Virus record (IMG/VR): IMGVR_UViG_3300020160_000289
Span: 1 to 64,000 of that record
Direction: 5' to 3' (one strand)
DNA length: 64,000 bases
Origin: a virus
Of the stretch, positions 37,989 to 50,400 are shown one piece after another. Under the pieces are notes generated by a model. That model did no database searches. It was given only the letters and a program-made list of their open reading frames with translations, and had not been told where the DNA came from. A program made the position numbers and the translations under genes. Positions within the stretch are counted from its first letter, which is position 1, and the number at the start of each line of letters is the position of its first letter.

Positions 37989-39734
37989 TTACCTACTGAT
38001 GCCGGTTTTTATAACCTTAACCTGTTTAACTGAAGCCTGATTTGCCGTGAACAACAATCTTACTAGCCCATTTCCACTTATGTTATAATCCACGTCAAAC
38101 ACTCCAACTGCCCCTCCTGTAGTAATAATACCGTATTCTGACTTATAAACGTTGCCATCGTTGTCCACTAATACGACTATTTCAACTACGTGAAATTTTG
38201 CCCCAGGTCCTACGCCATCAGCTATTTGAATTAAGTTCTTGGAAGTCCTATAACTCGAAGCAGGAAAACTGTCTATTACCGTAGTACTTGTGTTATTTAT
38301 GCTGGTACTGCGTGTAAACAGCTGACCGTCTCCAAAACGGATGCTTCCCGAGACCTGTAATTTGTCTACGCCATTGTCGATCTGTGGGCCTAATAGTAAA
38401 TTTCCGCTTGATTTTACAACTGCTAGCCTGACGGTGTTGGCAGTATCGCTGTAAAGTGTTAAACCACCTTCGAATAGATTGGTGCCGCCCTGTCCTGAAA
38501 AGTTATTTCCGCCAACTTGCCATGTGTAACTCTGTCCGTTTGTGGCAGTATTACGCATTCTAAAGTAGACTCTGTCTGTTGCTATGTTACTTTCTAAAGT
38601 AATGCTTTTTCCAACAAATAAATCACCGCCAATTCCAACTCCGCCCCATACTTGGACGGCTCCAGTTTGCGTACTTGTAGCTAGAGCAGGGTTGTTAACT
38701 TTGAATGGAGCAGTAATTGTACCACCATTCCAATATAGATTGTCTAACGGAACGCCTTCGGAGAAATATCGTTGAGCAAAAACATCGCCATTAACACCAA
38801 GTCCGCCGCCAACTTGTAGTGCTCCAGTAAAGGTACTTGTGGCAGATGTAAGGTCGTATATTTTTACTGGGCCGCCAATATTCATGTTGCCGCCAATACC
38901 TACGCCGCCGGCAACTACTAACGCACCACTATCTGTAGTTGTTGATGTTTCTGTGCTGGTTAATCTTAGTTTACTAGCCTGAAAAGTTCCAGTTGAAGAA
39001 ATTTCAGTAAAGAAACCTTTTCCAGGAATTTTAACACCAATGTCAGTTGCGTTAATTTGTTTATTTGTAATGTCCTGACTTAAGGTATCGCCTACTAATT
39101 GAAACCAGTAAACAGGATCTGTATCTAAAATTTCTTGTTCAGTAAACGTAGTATAATAATATCTACCCTTGTACAGAGTACCGTTAGATACGTAAACTAT
39201 AGCACCAGATAGTTTAGCAGATGTATTAGCATCTGTTGATCTTGTCCAAGTTCCGTTTGTGCCAATTCCTAAATTAGAAACTATATAGATACCATTTTCA
39301 ACAGGATCGTCCTGCTGAGAAACTAAAACACGATCATCTTTTAATAAAGAAACTCCGTCAACTTCAATAGGAGCACCTCCTACCAAGTCAATCGTTCCGG
39401 TAGTTGCGGCTTTTACTGGACCTTTGAACGCAGTAACTGCATTTAATTGAGGAATGCTTACAGGCCCGTTGATAGTAAATGTTCCGGTCCCGTTTGGATT
39501 GTAAACTACATCCCCATTTGGTATTAAGCTCTGTATGAATGTTGCCGTTGTAGTTGCGCTAAAGTTAATAAATCCTAAACTAGTTGCGTAGGTAGTTTGA
39601 GAATTTACTGTAACGATTGTAAAACCAGTAGACGTACTCGGAGTATTACCCAACGCAGCCTGAGTTTGTTGTAGTGTAATAAACCCGGTCGGTGATGTAG
39701 GGTTTCTAACTGATCCGCTTAATAATATTGCCAC
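37989..39734 (-). CDS. Virion fibre protein
   Basis: VKAATT..DRVLV..Q....NGIY..WTRSTD fibre motif; same repeats and C-terminal domain as the downstream ORF; GTG start. Confidence 0.7.
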   Translation of the reverse strand: MAILLSGSVRNPTSPTGFITLQQTQAALGNTPSTSTGFTIVTVNSQTTYATSLGFINFSATTTATFIQSLIPNGDVVYNPNGTGTFTINGPVSIPQLNAVTAFKGPVKAATTGTIDLVGGAPIEVDGVSLLKDDRVLVSQQDDPVENGIYIVSNLGIGTNGTWTRSTDANTSAKLSGAIVYVSNGTLYKGRYYYTTFTEQEILDTDPVYWFQLVGDTLSQDITNKQINATDIGVKIPGKGFFTEISSTGTFQASKLRLTSTETSTTTDSGALVVAGGVGIGGNMNIGGPVKIYDLTSATSTFTGALQVGGGLGVNGDVFAQRYFSEGVPLDNLYWNGGTITAPFKVNNPALATSTQTGAVQVWGGVGIGGDLFVGKSITLESNIATDRVYFRMRNTATNGQSYTWQVGGNNFSGQGGTNLFEGGLTLYSDTANTVRLAVVKSSGNLLLGPQIDNGVDKLQVSGSIRFGDGQLFTRSTSINNTSTTVIDSFPASSYRTSKNLIQIADGVGPGAKFHVVEIVVLVDNDGNVYKSEYGIITTGGAVGVFDVDYNISGNGLVRLLFTANQASVKQVKVIKTGISR

Positions 39735-39735
39735 G

Positions 39736-42700
39736 TTATGCTCCTACCACCAAGATGAACGGTGTCATAGTTGCGTACAAACTCTTTTCAAAGGTTCGTC
39801 CAGCAAGTACACCAGTACTCTGACTAATAACTAATGTTGGTCCGATTCTAAAATCTCCGTTTTGGTCTGTTGATGTAAAGAACACCTTACCGTTATTTAA
39901 TTGAACCACTTCTTTGTTCTGTTGTGGGTCAGCAGTACCTACTTGAGGCAGAGCACCGTATTGTGTACCAGCACCTACATACTCAAATAAGTATCCAGAC
40001 GCTGAAATGTAACTCTGTTGATAGAATCTTACTGTAGCACCATCGATGAATAATGTTGGGTCTGTTACGTTTTGTTCTAGTCGAACAATGTGATACTGTC
40101 CTTTTCGATTAAAGTAACCGTTACCTGTGTTTACAGAATTATAATTTCCACCGTATATTAAATCGTATCCTACCGCATCAATGATTGCTCCAACATCTCG
40201 ATAACACTTATCTTTAGGATAATTTGGAGCGTCGGTAAACGCAGTATCAATATACGCAATAACTTCAGCTTTGATAAAATCTCTATTTGCCAATAGTAAG
40301 TCAAATGCGTTGATAACTTGAGTACTTGTACTTGCTACTTGACTAATTGGTTGTTTTGCTGGTGCTACTCCGGGACCATTGTTAATAATATTTGTAATAT
40401 TATCTATTTTATCTTGTACTAAGGAAACTTCGATACTAGTTCCAGTTGACGCAGATAATACTTGCGGAACTTTAAATTGGTAAGTGTTATCTAATGATGT
40501 TCCGGTAATAATATTACCGACTATGGTCTTAATATAGTCATACGCGGCAGTTGTTTGAGGAATTTGATCGTCAATGGCAGTATCAGCGGCATTAAATCCG
40601 TAGTAGTATACGCCGCTGGTAATACTTTGCCTGTTGCCGCCGTGTAATAGATCAAAACTTAATGAATCGACTATGTACCCAACATCTCTATAACAAATTT
40701 CTCTATCGTAACTAAACTCTTGATTATCTAAATCTATACGAGCAATAACTTCATCTTGAATAAATGCTTTATTAGCTCTTAATATATCGTAACTTGCTAG
40801 TATATTGGTGCTAGTTGAAACTACTCCGTTTGGAACAATTAAGTCAGTTACTCCAGTAGTTCCACCTGTCAATATTGACAGAATTAAATCAACATTATTT
40901 TGTACTGTTTGAGAAATCTTAACAGTACCCGTAGATAAATTTAACACTTGTGCTGTAGAAGTTGTAGCATCTACCGGTTCGTTGACTATGACTTTGCCTA
41001 CTAATTCTTTAATATATCTTATAGCATTTGTAGTTGTTGTTAGTTGTGAAATTATTTCTCCAGTATAGGCATCTTGGTTCCAGTACTGTAATCCGGCAAA
41101 CGTGCTTTCAGTTGTACCTTCGTACAACAAATCAAAAGCAATACTATCGATAATTAAACCAGTGTCTCTCTTACATTTTGTTTTATCATATAAAAATCCA
41201 GTGTTGTAAGTGTTATTAATATAGGCAATAGTTTCTGCTCTAATAAAATCTCTATTAGCATTTAATAGTTTAACAGCGTTGACAGTAGAAGTGCTGGTGC
41301 TTGCTGTTACAGAAATTGATTCTTTAACCGTAACTTCGTCTGGACCGCGCTCAATAATATTATTAATTAAATTAACATTATTCTTAACTATTTGTGCTTC
41401 GACTGTTGTTCCAGTCTGTGTACTAATAACCTGAGTGATTAATGTTTGTTGTGGGTCCGTAATTAAAGTTCCCGTAACAATATTTTCAACAATACTTTCA
41501 ATGAAATTATAAGCACTGGTAGTCTGTGGAATTTCTTTAGGTATTGCTGTGTCTTCTCCGTTATATCCGTAATAGTATACACCGCTTTGAACAGCTTGTT
41601 TGTTACCACCGTAGAGTAAATCAACGCTTACGCTGTCGATCATATAACCTATATCTCGGAAACATTTTTCTTTGTCGTAAACAAACCCTGTAAAATTACT
41701 GTTAATATAAGAAACAATTTCGTCTTGAATAAATGTTCTATTGGCTAACAATAAATCAAAAGCATAAGTTGAGTTAATGTCACTGCTCGCAGTTAAACTA
41801 ATAGAAGTTAATGTTCCGGCAATCGCAGGTCCATTGTTGATAATATTTGTGATTTTATCAACCTTTGCTTTGGCCTTTGTTATTGTAGTACTATTAGCAG
41901 GCAACATATAAGTTATCTGATTTGTAGTATTTCCTGCGCTAGGAATAATTTCAACTCCGCTGATAATATTACCAAGTATGTCTTTTAGTCGATTATAAGC
42001 GGCTGTAGTTTGGGGAATTTCATTTAAAATAGCTGTAGACGTACTAATATATCCGTAATACAACACTCCGCTCTGAATACTCTGCTTATTGCCGCCGTGT
42101 AGTAGATCAAATGCCACACTGTCAATCATGTATCCTGCGTCTCTTTGGCATTTAGCAGAGTCGTAAGTAAATCCACTTGTCTTAGTAGTTTCAACATAGG
42201 CAATAACTTCAGCTATTAGATATTCTTTGTTAGAAAGTAACAAATTATAAGCATAGTTTGTATTTGTAGAAGAACGTCTTTTTCCGTTAGGAACAATAAT
42301 ATCAGTGACTCCGTTAGTTCCGGTGTTTAAAATATCAATAATAAAACCAAAGTTATTTCCAACAACAGCCGATTCGTTTGATGTTGCCACTAATGTTGAA
42401 GTAGTTTGTGTAACGGTACTTTGATATCTTGTGCCGCTCTGATTATTAACTACAACTTTTTGCGCCAATGAGCTAAGGTATATAATAGCGTTAGTAGTAG
42501 TTGTTATTTCGTTGGCAATATTTCCAACATAACTATTTTGATTCCAATATTGGATTCCGGCAAATGTACTTTGACTATCGTTAGTTGACGGATATAATAG
42601 ATCAAACGCAATACTGTCAACAATTAATCCTGTATCTCTCAAACACTTGGCCTGATCATATACAAAGTTAGATGTTTGATCAACATAGGCAACAACTTCA

Positions 42701-45700
42701 TGTTGTAGATATTCCTTATTTGCCTGAAGTAAAGTATATGCCGAAATTGTTGAAGTGGACGTACTCGCAGTTATTCCGTTTGGTACAATTATGTCTGTTA
42801 CGCCTTCGGTACCGTTTTCAAGAATAGTTAAGATTACATCAAAATCCTTCCCTACATTGGCAGCAACAATTGATGTGGAACTAGTTATTGTACTAGTCAC
42901 TTGAGTAACAGTACTTTGATATCTATATCCAGATGTATTATTACGAACAACTTGTTGTGCTAGAGACTTTAAGTAACTAATTGCTCTAGTTGTAGTGGTT
43001 TCTTCACCAGGAATAACACTTGCGTTTTGGTTCCAATATTGAAGGCCGGCAAATGTACTCTGGCTTGTTCCTTGGAATAATAAATCCTGTGCTAGAGAAT
43101 CAACGATCAGTCCTGTATCTCGACTGCACTTAGCAGGATCGTAACTAAATTTACTTGGCCATAGATCGTCAACAAATGCTACAGTTTCTTCTTGGATAAA
43201 TCTTCTATTCTTATCAAGCAACTTTTTAGCATTTAATATATTGATGTTAGGGTCAACATATTGTCTAGGTCGAGTAATTTCTGGACTACTAGTAGATCCG
43301 TCTTTGATTATATTAGCGATAATGTCAAATTTAGATCCTAGAGATCCGACAGCATCGATTCCGCCAGTTAAAGTTGAATCAAATATCTGTGAATACGCAG
43401 TTTGATACGTTCCAAGATCGTTGGTAGAATTAATATAGGCAATTACTTCTTCTTGGATAAATGATCGATTAGCTTGTAAGGCAAGATACGCATTATAATC
43501 TTCCGGAATTAACGATTCTGTTAAAGAAACAGGAACCTTAGCGTTGGCCGCATTGGGTCCGTTGTTAATAATATCAACAATAAGATCAATGCTATCTTGT
43601 AATTTTGTTACTTCTGTTATTGTGGCAGTAGAAATATTTGTTATTTGAGGAACAAAAGTCTGATAAGTAGAAGTTGTTATTCCTTGTACTACATACGGAA
43701 TTAATTGTCGGATATAATTATAGGCCGCAGTAGTTGCTGGGATCTCATTAGCTATCGCAGTTGAAGAAGAATTGTATCCGTAGTAACTAACGCCACTTTG
43801 AATAGCCTGTCTGTTACTCGACACATCTCCGTACGGATGTAGCAAATCAAACGCTACGCTGTCAATCATATACCCTACGTCTCGATAGCAAAGGCCGGCA
43901 TCGTAAGTAAATCCAGAAGTTTTTGTTGTTTCAACATAGGCAATCGCTTCTTCTTGGATATATGTTTTATTACCTAATAATAAATTATAAGCCTTTGTTC
44001 TTTCTTCTGTTCCTGATATTTCACCGTTAGGAATAATTTTATCAGTTACTCCTGCAACTCCATCAACGATGATATCTAATATTACCTCAAAATCATTTCC
44101 TACGATTGTAGCGGCTACGATCGAAGCAGGTGGCGGAGAAATATTTTGTGTAACAGTAGATTGGTAACGAGTTCCTGAGCTAACGCTACCTGTTATATTT
44201 TGAACAATTTCTTGTGCTAACTGCTTAACATACCTAATGGCATTAGTAGTAGTGGTCAGTTCGTTGGCAATGGTGCCAATATACTGATCTTGATTCCAGT
44301 ATTGAAGACCGCTAAAATTACTCTGACTTAGTTCAGTTGTTGGGTATAACAGATCTACGGCAATAGAGTCAATTATTAGTCCAGTGTCTCTCTTACATTT
44401 TGCCTGATTATATACTAATCCGGCGACCGGTTCATTTTGTATTACTCGAAGAGCGAGATTTTTAGCATAGCTAACTGCTAAAGATGTGGTTGTTTCTTGG
44501 CCAGGAACAAGTGTCACTTGATTTGTAACAGTTGACGACAATGACTCGTCGACTATACTTGACAATACTGTATAATATGCGTTACCACAGAAATATAAAT
44601 TAAAAAACGCATCGTAATTTAAGTCTTGATACCCGGATACTATTGGACGGTCTAAAGTTATCGATCTAAAATTGACATCAATTACCTGTGTACCAGTAGT
44701 GATATAAGGAATGCCTGTATCTGGATTTACAGAGTTTCCAAAAACATCAGTCACATAAAGTGTATGACCGACTGCGACGTCAGTTACATCGATATCATTG
44801 ATAGTGTAACTGTTAGTAACAAGGGTGTTAGTGTTAATTGTGGCAATCAGGTATCCTGGATATCCTGCTGAATTAACGTAAGGAACCCTATCACCATTGT
44901 AATCAAGGTAAGTATCAGGGGCAACAACTTCCATAACTTGCCCGATGTGTGGACGATCTCTATCGTTAGGAATAAAGACTTCCATTCTTTGTTTGTTTGG
45001 CCAAAAACCTAATGGGTAGAAATCACTGTTAGGTACGTTTGTAGGATACGCAGGGTTTCTAACAAATCCTGCGAATGCCAATTTGCCTAAACCTTTTGCC
45101 GTTAAACAAGTATCACCAAAGTTTGCGTTAGAGTTAGTAATAGAAGCAATGCCGCCGTTCTCAACAATAACAGCCTGACTACACATAATAGTAAACACAG
45201 AAACTAACTGTGCGTATCCGTTATTAATAATGTGGACTCCGATACCGCCTTGTGTAACTTGCGTGAACGCATCAAACACAAAAGATTGAATAGGTGATCG
45301 TATACTCGGAGCGTTCCCGTCAACTAATGCGCCACCCCCAGACCCTATAGGATCAAGTCTACGATCAGCATACTTGTCTCCGTCATTTACAGTCCATGCT
45401 GTGGGTATATCAGCATCTAAGAACGGATATACCGAAGTTTCTCCAAAATAGATTGTTGCGTTATCGCTAGGACTTACAGTAGGAGAACTTAATGTAATTA
45501 AGTATACATTATCTGACACGGTTGTGATCGCAGTTATTGTAGACGCATTATTAACGCCATTGGGACTTAGACCAGTTGGATATATTAATCCGTAAAGATC
45601 TTCTTTAGGATTTGGAACACTGCTTTCGCCGCTTTGGATGATTGATGAAATTAAATTAAAACTTTCAATTATTCTAGTATTAACAACTTGACCGTTGTCT

Positions 45701-47070
45701 AAATTTAAATTGATAACCTGGAAGGTAGAAGTATCAAATAAATTAGTTACAGTATTATTGACAATAATATCTACTGATAAATCTCTAATATAATTAATTG
45801 CCGCGATTGTTTGAAATTGTTCTCCGGAAATTAAACTGGTATTCCCGGACCAATAGGCTAGCCCTGCTTCGATACTTCTTTTGTTCCCGCCGAATCGAGC
45901 GTCACCAGCAACCGCATCAACGATATATCCTACATCGCGATAACACTTAACTTGATTATATACTAAATCTGGAAATTGATCTTCTACGAATGCAACAGCT
46001 TGTGTTTGTAGAAATATCCTATTCTTTTCTAGTAACAACTGAGCATTTCTATATCCTTCGTTGGCAGCATCATTGACTGCCATACCTACAGAAATAGTAC
46101 CTGTATATACAGAAACTACAATTTGATTTTGATCTGCTGTCCAGGTTGATGTTCCTGCGGCTAACGGAATTTGTATTGTTTGATTTGGGTTAAACATTGT
46201 CCCGTCTTTCAACCACGGACCACTTTGATTGGTACAGTTTTGAATGTACGGAGAATGATATAAATCTATAGGATTTTCTAAGTTAGGAGGAAACGCACAC
46301 ATGTATGCGCCAGTTGTGTATGTACCTTGACCTCCGGGAGCATATCTTTCAACACTTCCTCTACGTAGATTACGCATTTGCATTTGTGCAATGTATACAC
46401 CAGAATTAACATGGAATAAATCTAAATCTTTATTCAATGGTTCAACAAAAGTAGTTCTTAAGTCATTACCAACCACCGAAGTGTATGCCTTTAGAGGTAT
46501 TGGGTTATCTTCAAAATAAGTACCTGCGGCAACTCTAATTGTTGTGCCTTCGGTATACAATGGACTACGAACAGCTCCACTGATTGTTCTACATGCTCTT
46601 GTAGAATCAAGCGCAGATCCGTCATTATTATCATTTCCGTTTGGAGTAACATATAGGGTCAACGGATTAATTGGAAATGTTCCTAGAGGAATACCGCTTA
46701 CAGTAAAATCCCCGGTTACCGAACCGTCGCCAGTTACTGCTAAATCTTGTTCAATGTCTACATCACCTGCTATTTGAACTTTCTGAAATGGTGTTAGTAT
46801 AATATTTGAGTTAGAGTCTACACCGTTAATTTCAATTTCAGTGCCATTTTGCGTGGATCTAATAACCTGACTTGTGAAACTTAGTTTACCTAAAGTATTT
46901 GTAAAAGTAGCTTTACCACTATCGTCTGTTTGTAACGTATAACCAGTATTAGACTCCGGAGCAACGCCGAGCGCAGGCTGAGCATTATCTACTCCTAGAT
47001 AATCCCATCTATCTGGTTTTAAATTCTCTGGGCGAGGAACCGGTTTTCTATTACTTAATAAACGTGGCAT
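39736..47070 (-). CDS. Giant virion protein: beta-helix scaffold with 10 CxRDxG helical (phycobiliprotein-like) repeats
   Basis: LYVTPNGND..DG beta-helix start, SPYIQNCT, AQLVSVFT; repeats spaced about 480-510 nt. Confidence 0.7.
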   Translation of the reverse strand: MPRLLSNRKPVPRPENLKPDRWDYLGVDNAQPALGVAPESNTGYTLQTDDSGKATFTNTLGKLSFTSQVIRSTQNGTEIEINGVDSNSNIILTPFQKVQIAGDVDIEQDLAVTGDGSVTGDFTVSGIPLGTFPINPLTLYVTPNGNDNNDGSALDSTRACRTISGAVRSPLYTEGTTIRVAAGTYFEDNPIPLKAYTSVVGNDLRTTFVEPLNKDLDLFHVNSGVYIAQMQMRNLRRGSVERYAPGGQGTYTTGAYMCAFPPNLENPIDLYHSPYIQNCTNQSGPWLKDGTMFNPNQTIQIPLAAGTSTWTADQNQIVVSVYTGTISVGMAVNDAANEGYRNAQLLLEKNRIFLQTQAVAFVEDQFPDLVYNQVKCYRDVGYIVDAVAGDARFGGNKRSIEAGLAYWSGNTSLISGEQFQTIAAINYIRDLSVDIIVNNTVTNLFDTSTFQVINLNLDNGQVVNTRIIESFNLISSIIQSGESSVPNPKEDLYGLIYPTGLSPNGVNNASTITAITTVSDNVYLITLSSPTVSPSDNATIYFGETSVYPFLDADIPTAWTVNDGDKYADRRLDPIGSGGGALVDGNAPSIRSPIQSFVFDAFTQVTQGGIGVHIINNGYAQLVSVFTIMCSQAVIVENGGIASITNSNANFGDTCLTAKGLGKLAFAGFVRNPAYPTNVPNSDFYPLGFWPNKQRMEVFIPNDRDRPHIGQVMEVVAPDTYLDYNGDRVPYVNSAGYPGYLIATINTNTLVTNSYTINDIDVTDVAVGHTLYVTDVFGNSVNPDTGIPYITTGTQVIDVNFRSITLDRPIVSGYQDLNYDAFFNLYFCGNAYYTVLSSIVDESLSSTVTNQVTLVPGQETTTSLAVSYAKNLALRVIQNEPVAGLVYNQAKCKRDTGLIIDSIAVDLLYPTTELSQSNFSGLQYWNQDQYIGTIANELTTTTNAIRYVKQLAQEIVQNITGSVSSGTRYQSTVTQNISPPPASIVAATIVGNDFEVILDIIVDGVAGVTDKIIPNGEISGTEERTKAYNLLLGNKTYIQEEAIAYVETTKTSGFTYDAGLCYRDVGYMIDSVAFDLLHPYGDVSSNRQAIQSGVSYYGYNSSSTAIANEIPATTAAYNYIRQLIPYVVQGITTSTYQTFVPQITNISTATITEVTKLQDSIDLIVDIINNGPNAANAKVPVSLTESLIPEDYNAYLALQANRSFIQEEVIAYINSTNDLGTYQTAYSQIFDSTLTGGIDAVGSLGSKFDIIANIIKDGSTSSPEITRPRQYVDPNINILNAKKLLDKNRRFIQEETVAFVDDLWPSKFSYDPAKCSRDTGLIVDSLAQDLLFQGTSQSTFAGLQYWNQNASVIPGEETTTTRAISYLKSLAQQVVRNNTSGYRYQSTVTQVTSTITSSTSIVAANVGKDFDVILTILENGTEGVTDIIVPNGITASTSTSTISAYTLLQANKEYLQHEVVAYVDQTSNFVYDQAKCLRDTGLIVDSIAFDLLYPSTNDSQSTFAGIQYWNQNSYVGNIANEITTTTNAIIYLSSLAQKVVVNNQSGTRYQSTVTQTTSTLVATSNESAVVGNNFGFIIDILNTGTNGVTDIIVPNGKRRSSTNTNYAYNLLLSNKEYLIAEVIAYVETTKTSGFTYDSAKCQRDAGYMIDSVAFDLLHGGNKQSIQSGVLYYGYISTSTAILNEIPQTTAAYNRLKDILGNIISGVEIIPSAGNTTNQITYMLPANSTTITKAKAKVDKITNIINNGPAIAGTLTSISLTASSDINSTYAFDLLLANRTFIQDEIVSYINSNFTGFVYDKEKCFRDIGYMIDSVSVDLLYGGNKQAVQSGVYYYGYNGEDTAIPKEIPQTTSAYNFIESIVENIVTGTLITDPQQTLITQVISTQTGTTVEAQIVKNNVNLINNIIERGPDEVTVKESISVTASTSTSTVNAVKLLNANRDFIRAETIAYINNTYNTGFLYDKTKCKRDTGLIIDSIAFDLLYEGTTESTFAGLQYWNQDAYTGEIISQLTTTTNAIRYIKELVGKVIVNEPVDATTSTAQVLNLSTGTVKISQTVQNNVDLILSILTGGTTGVTDLIVPNGVVSTSTNILASYDILRANKAFIQDEVIARIDLDNQEFSYDREICYRDVGYIVDSLSFDLLHGGNRQSITSGVYYYGFNAADTAIDDQIPQTTAAYDYIKTIVGNIITGTSLDNTYQFKVPQVLSASTGTSIEVSLVQDKIDNITNIINNGPGVAPAKQPISQVASTSTQVINAFDLLLANRDFIKAEVIAYIDTAFTDAPNYPKDKCYRDVGAIIDAVGYDLIYGGNYNSVNTGNGYFNRKGQYHIVRLEQNVTDPTLFIDGATVRFYQQSYISASGYLFEYVGAGTQYGALPQVGTADPQQNKEVVQLNNGKVFFTSTDQNGDFRIGPTLVISQSTGVLAGRTFEKSLYATMTPFILVVGA

Positions 47071-47091
47071 CGTTTTCTCTTATGTTTTATT

Positions 47092-47478
47092 TTAATTGTT
47101 TGCTGTTTCTAACACGCTTAATACAAGTTTACACGAGCCGGCTGCGTCTGAATAAGCTCTGATACTATCTTGACTTTCGAGAATCATCTTGCCAGTAATT
47201 AACGATGCTGAGTCATTGGGCGGAATTGGGAAGTTCATTACCAACTCCGATGTTGTATTTGGCTCTTGTGCGTTATTACCTTGGGCGTCAGGAAGAACTC
47301 TAAATCTTCTATGATGACTGAAAGTAACAGTATGTGTAGCTTGACTATCAACGTTGGCCACCTGTGCCATCAAGATAATAGAAGTAACTCCGATTGGTGC
47401 TACATAAACAGTAGCAGTAGTATTAGTATCTAAAATCTTTGTCTTTGTCTTAAACGTGTTTAATGGAATTAATGCCAT
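47092..47478 (-). CDS. Small structural protein
   Basis: 128 aa, GGAG SD; GKMILESQDSIRA motif shared with 54917..55234. Confidence 0.65.
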   Translation of the reverse strand: MALIPLNTFKTKTKILDTNTTATVYVAPIGVTSIILMAQVANVDSQATHTVTFSHHRRFRVLPDAQGNNAQEPNTTSELVMNFPIPPNDSASLITGKMILESQDSIRAYSDAAGSCKLVLSVLETANN

Positions 47479-47489
47479 GTATTTCTCCT

Positions 47490-50400
47490 TTATTCGCTGC
47501 CGCCCGCTTCAACAGCTAAGATGAATGGTGTCATCTGGGCAAACAAGCTCTTTTCAAATGTCCTGCCAGACAACACACCTGTTGCCTGACTAATCACTAA
47601 TGTTGGACCGATACGGAAATCTCCGTTTTGGTCTGTTGAAGTAAAGAACACCTTACCATTATTTAACTGAACAACTTCTTTGGTCTGTTCGGGGTCAACT
47701 CTTCCTACTTGAGGCAAGGCACCGTATTGTGTTCCTGCTCCGCAATATTCAAACAAGTAGCCTGACGCACTTTGATAACTTCGTTGATAGAAGTTAACTG
47801 TACTACCGTCAACAAATAACAATTGATTTCTTACGTTATCTTCCAAAGTAGCGATATGGTAAGTACCTTCTCTTGTGTAATATGTCTTAGCTGCCTCGAC
47901 ACTCCTAAAGTTGCCCCCAGTTTGTAAATCCGCTATGAGAGCATCGATCATTAAGCCGGCATCTCTTCGACATTTTTGTTTATTGTATACAAACGTTTGA
48001 GGGAACGTTTCATTGATATAGGCAATCGTTTCTGCTTTGATAAATTCTTTATTAGCAAGTAATAACGCAAATGCTTTTAATCTATTCGGATTAGCATTTT
48101 GTACAAGACCAACTGGTACCTTTTCGCCTGCTTCGTCTGGGCCGTTTCTAATAATATCAGTTATAATATCAACCTTTGACTGAAGTACTGCAGCTTCTGC
48201 TAAAGTGGCAGGGTTTAAATTAGTTACCTGAGGTACTGCTGTTTGGAAATTTGGAGATGTTGGAGTACCAGTTACAATATCTCCAACAATGGCTTTGATA
48301 AAATTATAGGCAGCTTCTGTTTGTGGAATTTGATTATCAATCGCAGAGTCGGCAGGGTTAAATCCGTAGTAGTAAACTCCTGACATGATACTTTGTCTGT
48401 TACCGCCATGAAGCATATCAAAGCAAACTGAGTCTACAATATATCCAACATCTCGGCGACACTTAGTTTCATCGTAGCTAAAACCGCCGCCGTAAGTTGA
48501 AGTTATGTAGTTAATAACTTGTGTTTTGTAAGATTCTTTGCTTGCTTGGACGTTGGCTACTGCTGTCAATGCTGTAAAGTCAGTAGTTTTAAAACCGTTT
48601 GGAACGATATCATCTGATATTCCAACAATTCCGTTATCTAATATGTCAAGTATGTTGTCAAAACGTTGGCCAGCAACTACACCTGGTGCGCCGCCAGCAG
48701 TTGATACTACTAACGATTTTAGATAAGCAATCGCGCCCCTAGTCTGTACGATTTGATCAATAATATCTCCAGTATAGCTGTCTTGATTCCAATATTGTAA
48801 TCCAGCAAATGTACTTTGAGAAATGCTATCGTAAAGCATGTCAATAGCAATACTGTCAACAATCAACCCTGTATCTCTTGAACACTTGGCTTCATCGTAA
48901 GTAAATCCTCCGTAGATAGCATCTACATAGCTTACAGTTTCGTTCATTAGAAAGATTTTATTCTTTTTAAGCAAAGCAATAGCATCATTTTTTCCAGCAA
49001 CTGCAGTTCCTGTAGTCTTAACTTGCGGTGCGGCCTGTGGTCCAGCTAGTATTACTCCTGTAATAATACCTAGACTATCACTAATAAATCCAGTTGAATT
49101 ATTTCCTGACGGAAAACCATTGTCAATAGTTTGAGCTACACTAGTGCTGTATGTAGCAGTCATTAAAATATTTGATACTACATTGTTAGATATGTCTCTT
49201 AGATAGTTAATAGCGTCAATTGTTTCGGTCTCTTGGCCTAATATTTTACTTTGACCAGTTGGATACGGACTAGTAACTGTTTTGCTACTTAAAATGTTAT
49301 AGTATGCGTTTCCACAGCAATAGATATTAAAATAATTTCCGTTGCCGTATTGGCCGCCACCTTGTAGAATAGGGTTACTCAGTGTAATTGATTGATAATT
49401 AACTTCGGTGATTGTCGTACCTGTTGTTAAGTAAGCAACTCCGTCACCGTTATCATCTGCTTCATATCCAAACTGATCTCTTATATAAACAGTCTGTCCT
49501 ACTGAAACTCCCGTTACATCAATTCCATCAACTGTATAACTGCTGGTCGTTAAACTAGATGTGTTGACAATGGCTGTTAAAAATCCCGGAAATCCTTGTT
49601 CGTTAATGTACGGAACAGTTATTCCGTCGTAGTTTACATATTCGTCTGGAGGAACAACTTCCATCACTAAACTAATGTGTGGTCTATTGGCAGGATCTGG
49701 CACAAACACACATACCTGCTGGCTAGTAGGGAAATAGCCTTGTGGATAATATTCGTTAGCTTCAAAGCTATTTGTTAACTCGTTATAGGCAACGTTGGCC
49801 GGATTGTAAATTGTTCCTCCAAATTTACGTCTTCCATACCCTCGAGATAAAAGACATAAGTCACCAAAGTTATTATTTGAGTTGGTAATAGAAGCAATAC
49901 CGCCGGCATCAGTTTCAACAGCAATGTTACAGAAAATTGTAAACACAGATACTAACTGAGCATAGCCTTCATTGATAATATGAATTCCTCTTCCACCTTG
50001 GGTAATTTGTGTAAACGCATCAAACACAAAAGATTGAATTGGACTTCTAGTAGATGGCGCAAATCCGTCGACGAGAGCACCGCCACCGGAGCCGTTAGGA
50101 TCAATTCTTCTATCAGCAAATCCGTCAAGACTCCATTCGCCTGGCATATTTTTATCTTCTTCTGGGTATACTGTCGTATAACCAATATACATAATATCAT
50201 TTGTTGCTGACGCAATCGTTGAAGTACTTAGATGTAGAATGAACTGAGTTAATGTGGAATTTGTACTAGGAGGTGCGAAAGGTGGACCATTTTCTATAAT
50301 AGTAGCGATAGCATCAAAATTGTTTCTTACTAAATCTCTAGCAACATAACCGCCATTCAATTGACTGTTAATAAGTTGCGGTACAACGATTGTAGCAGTA

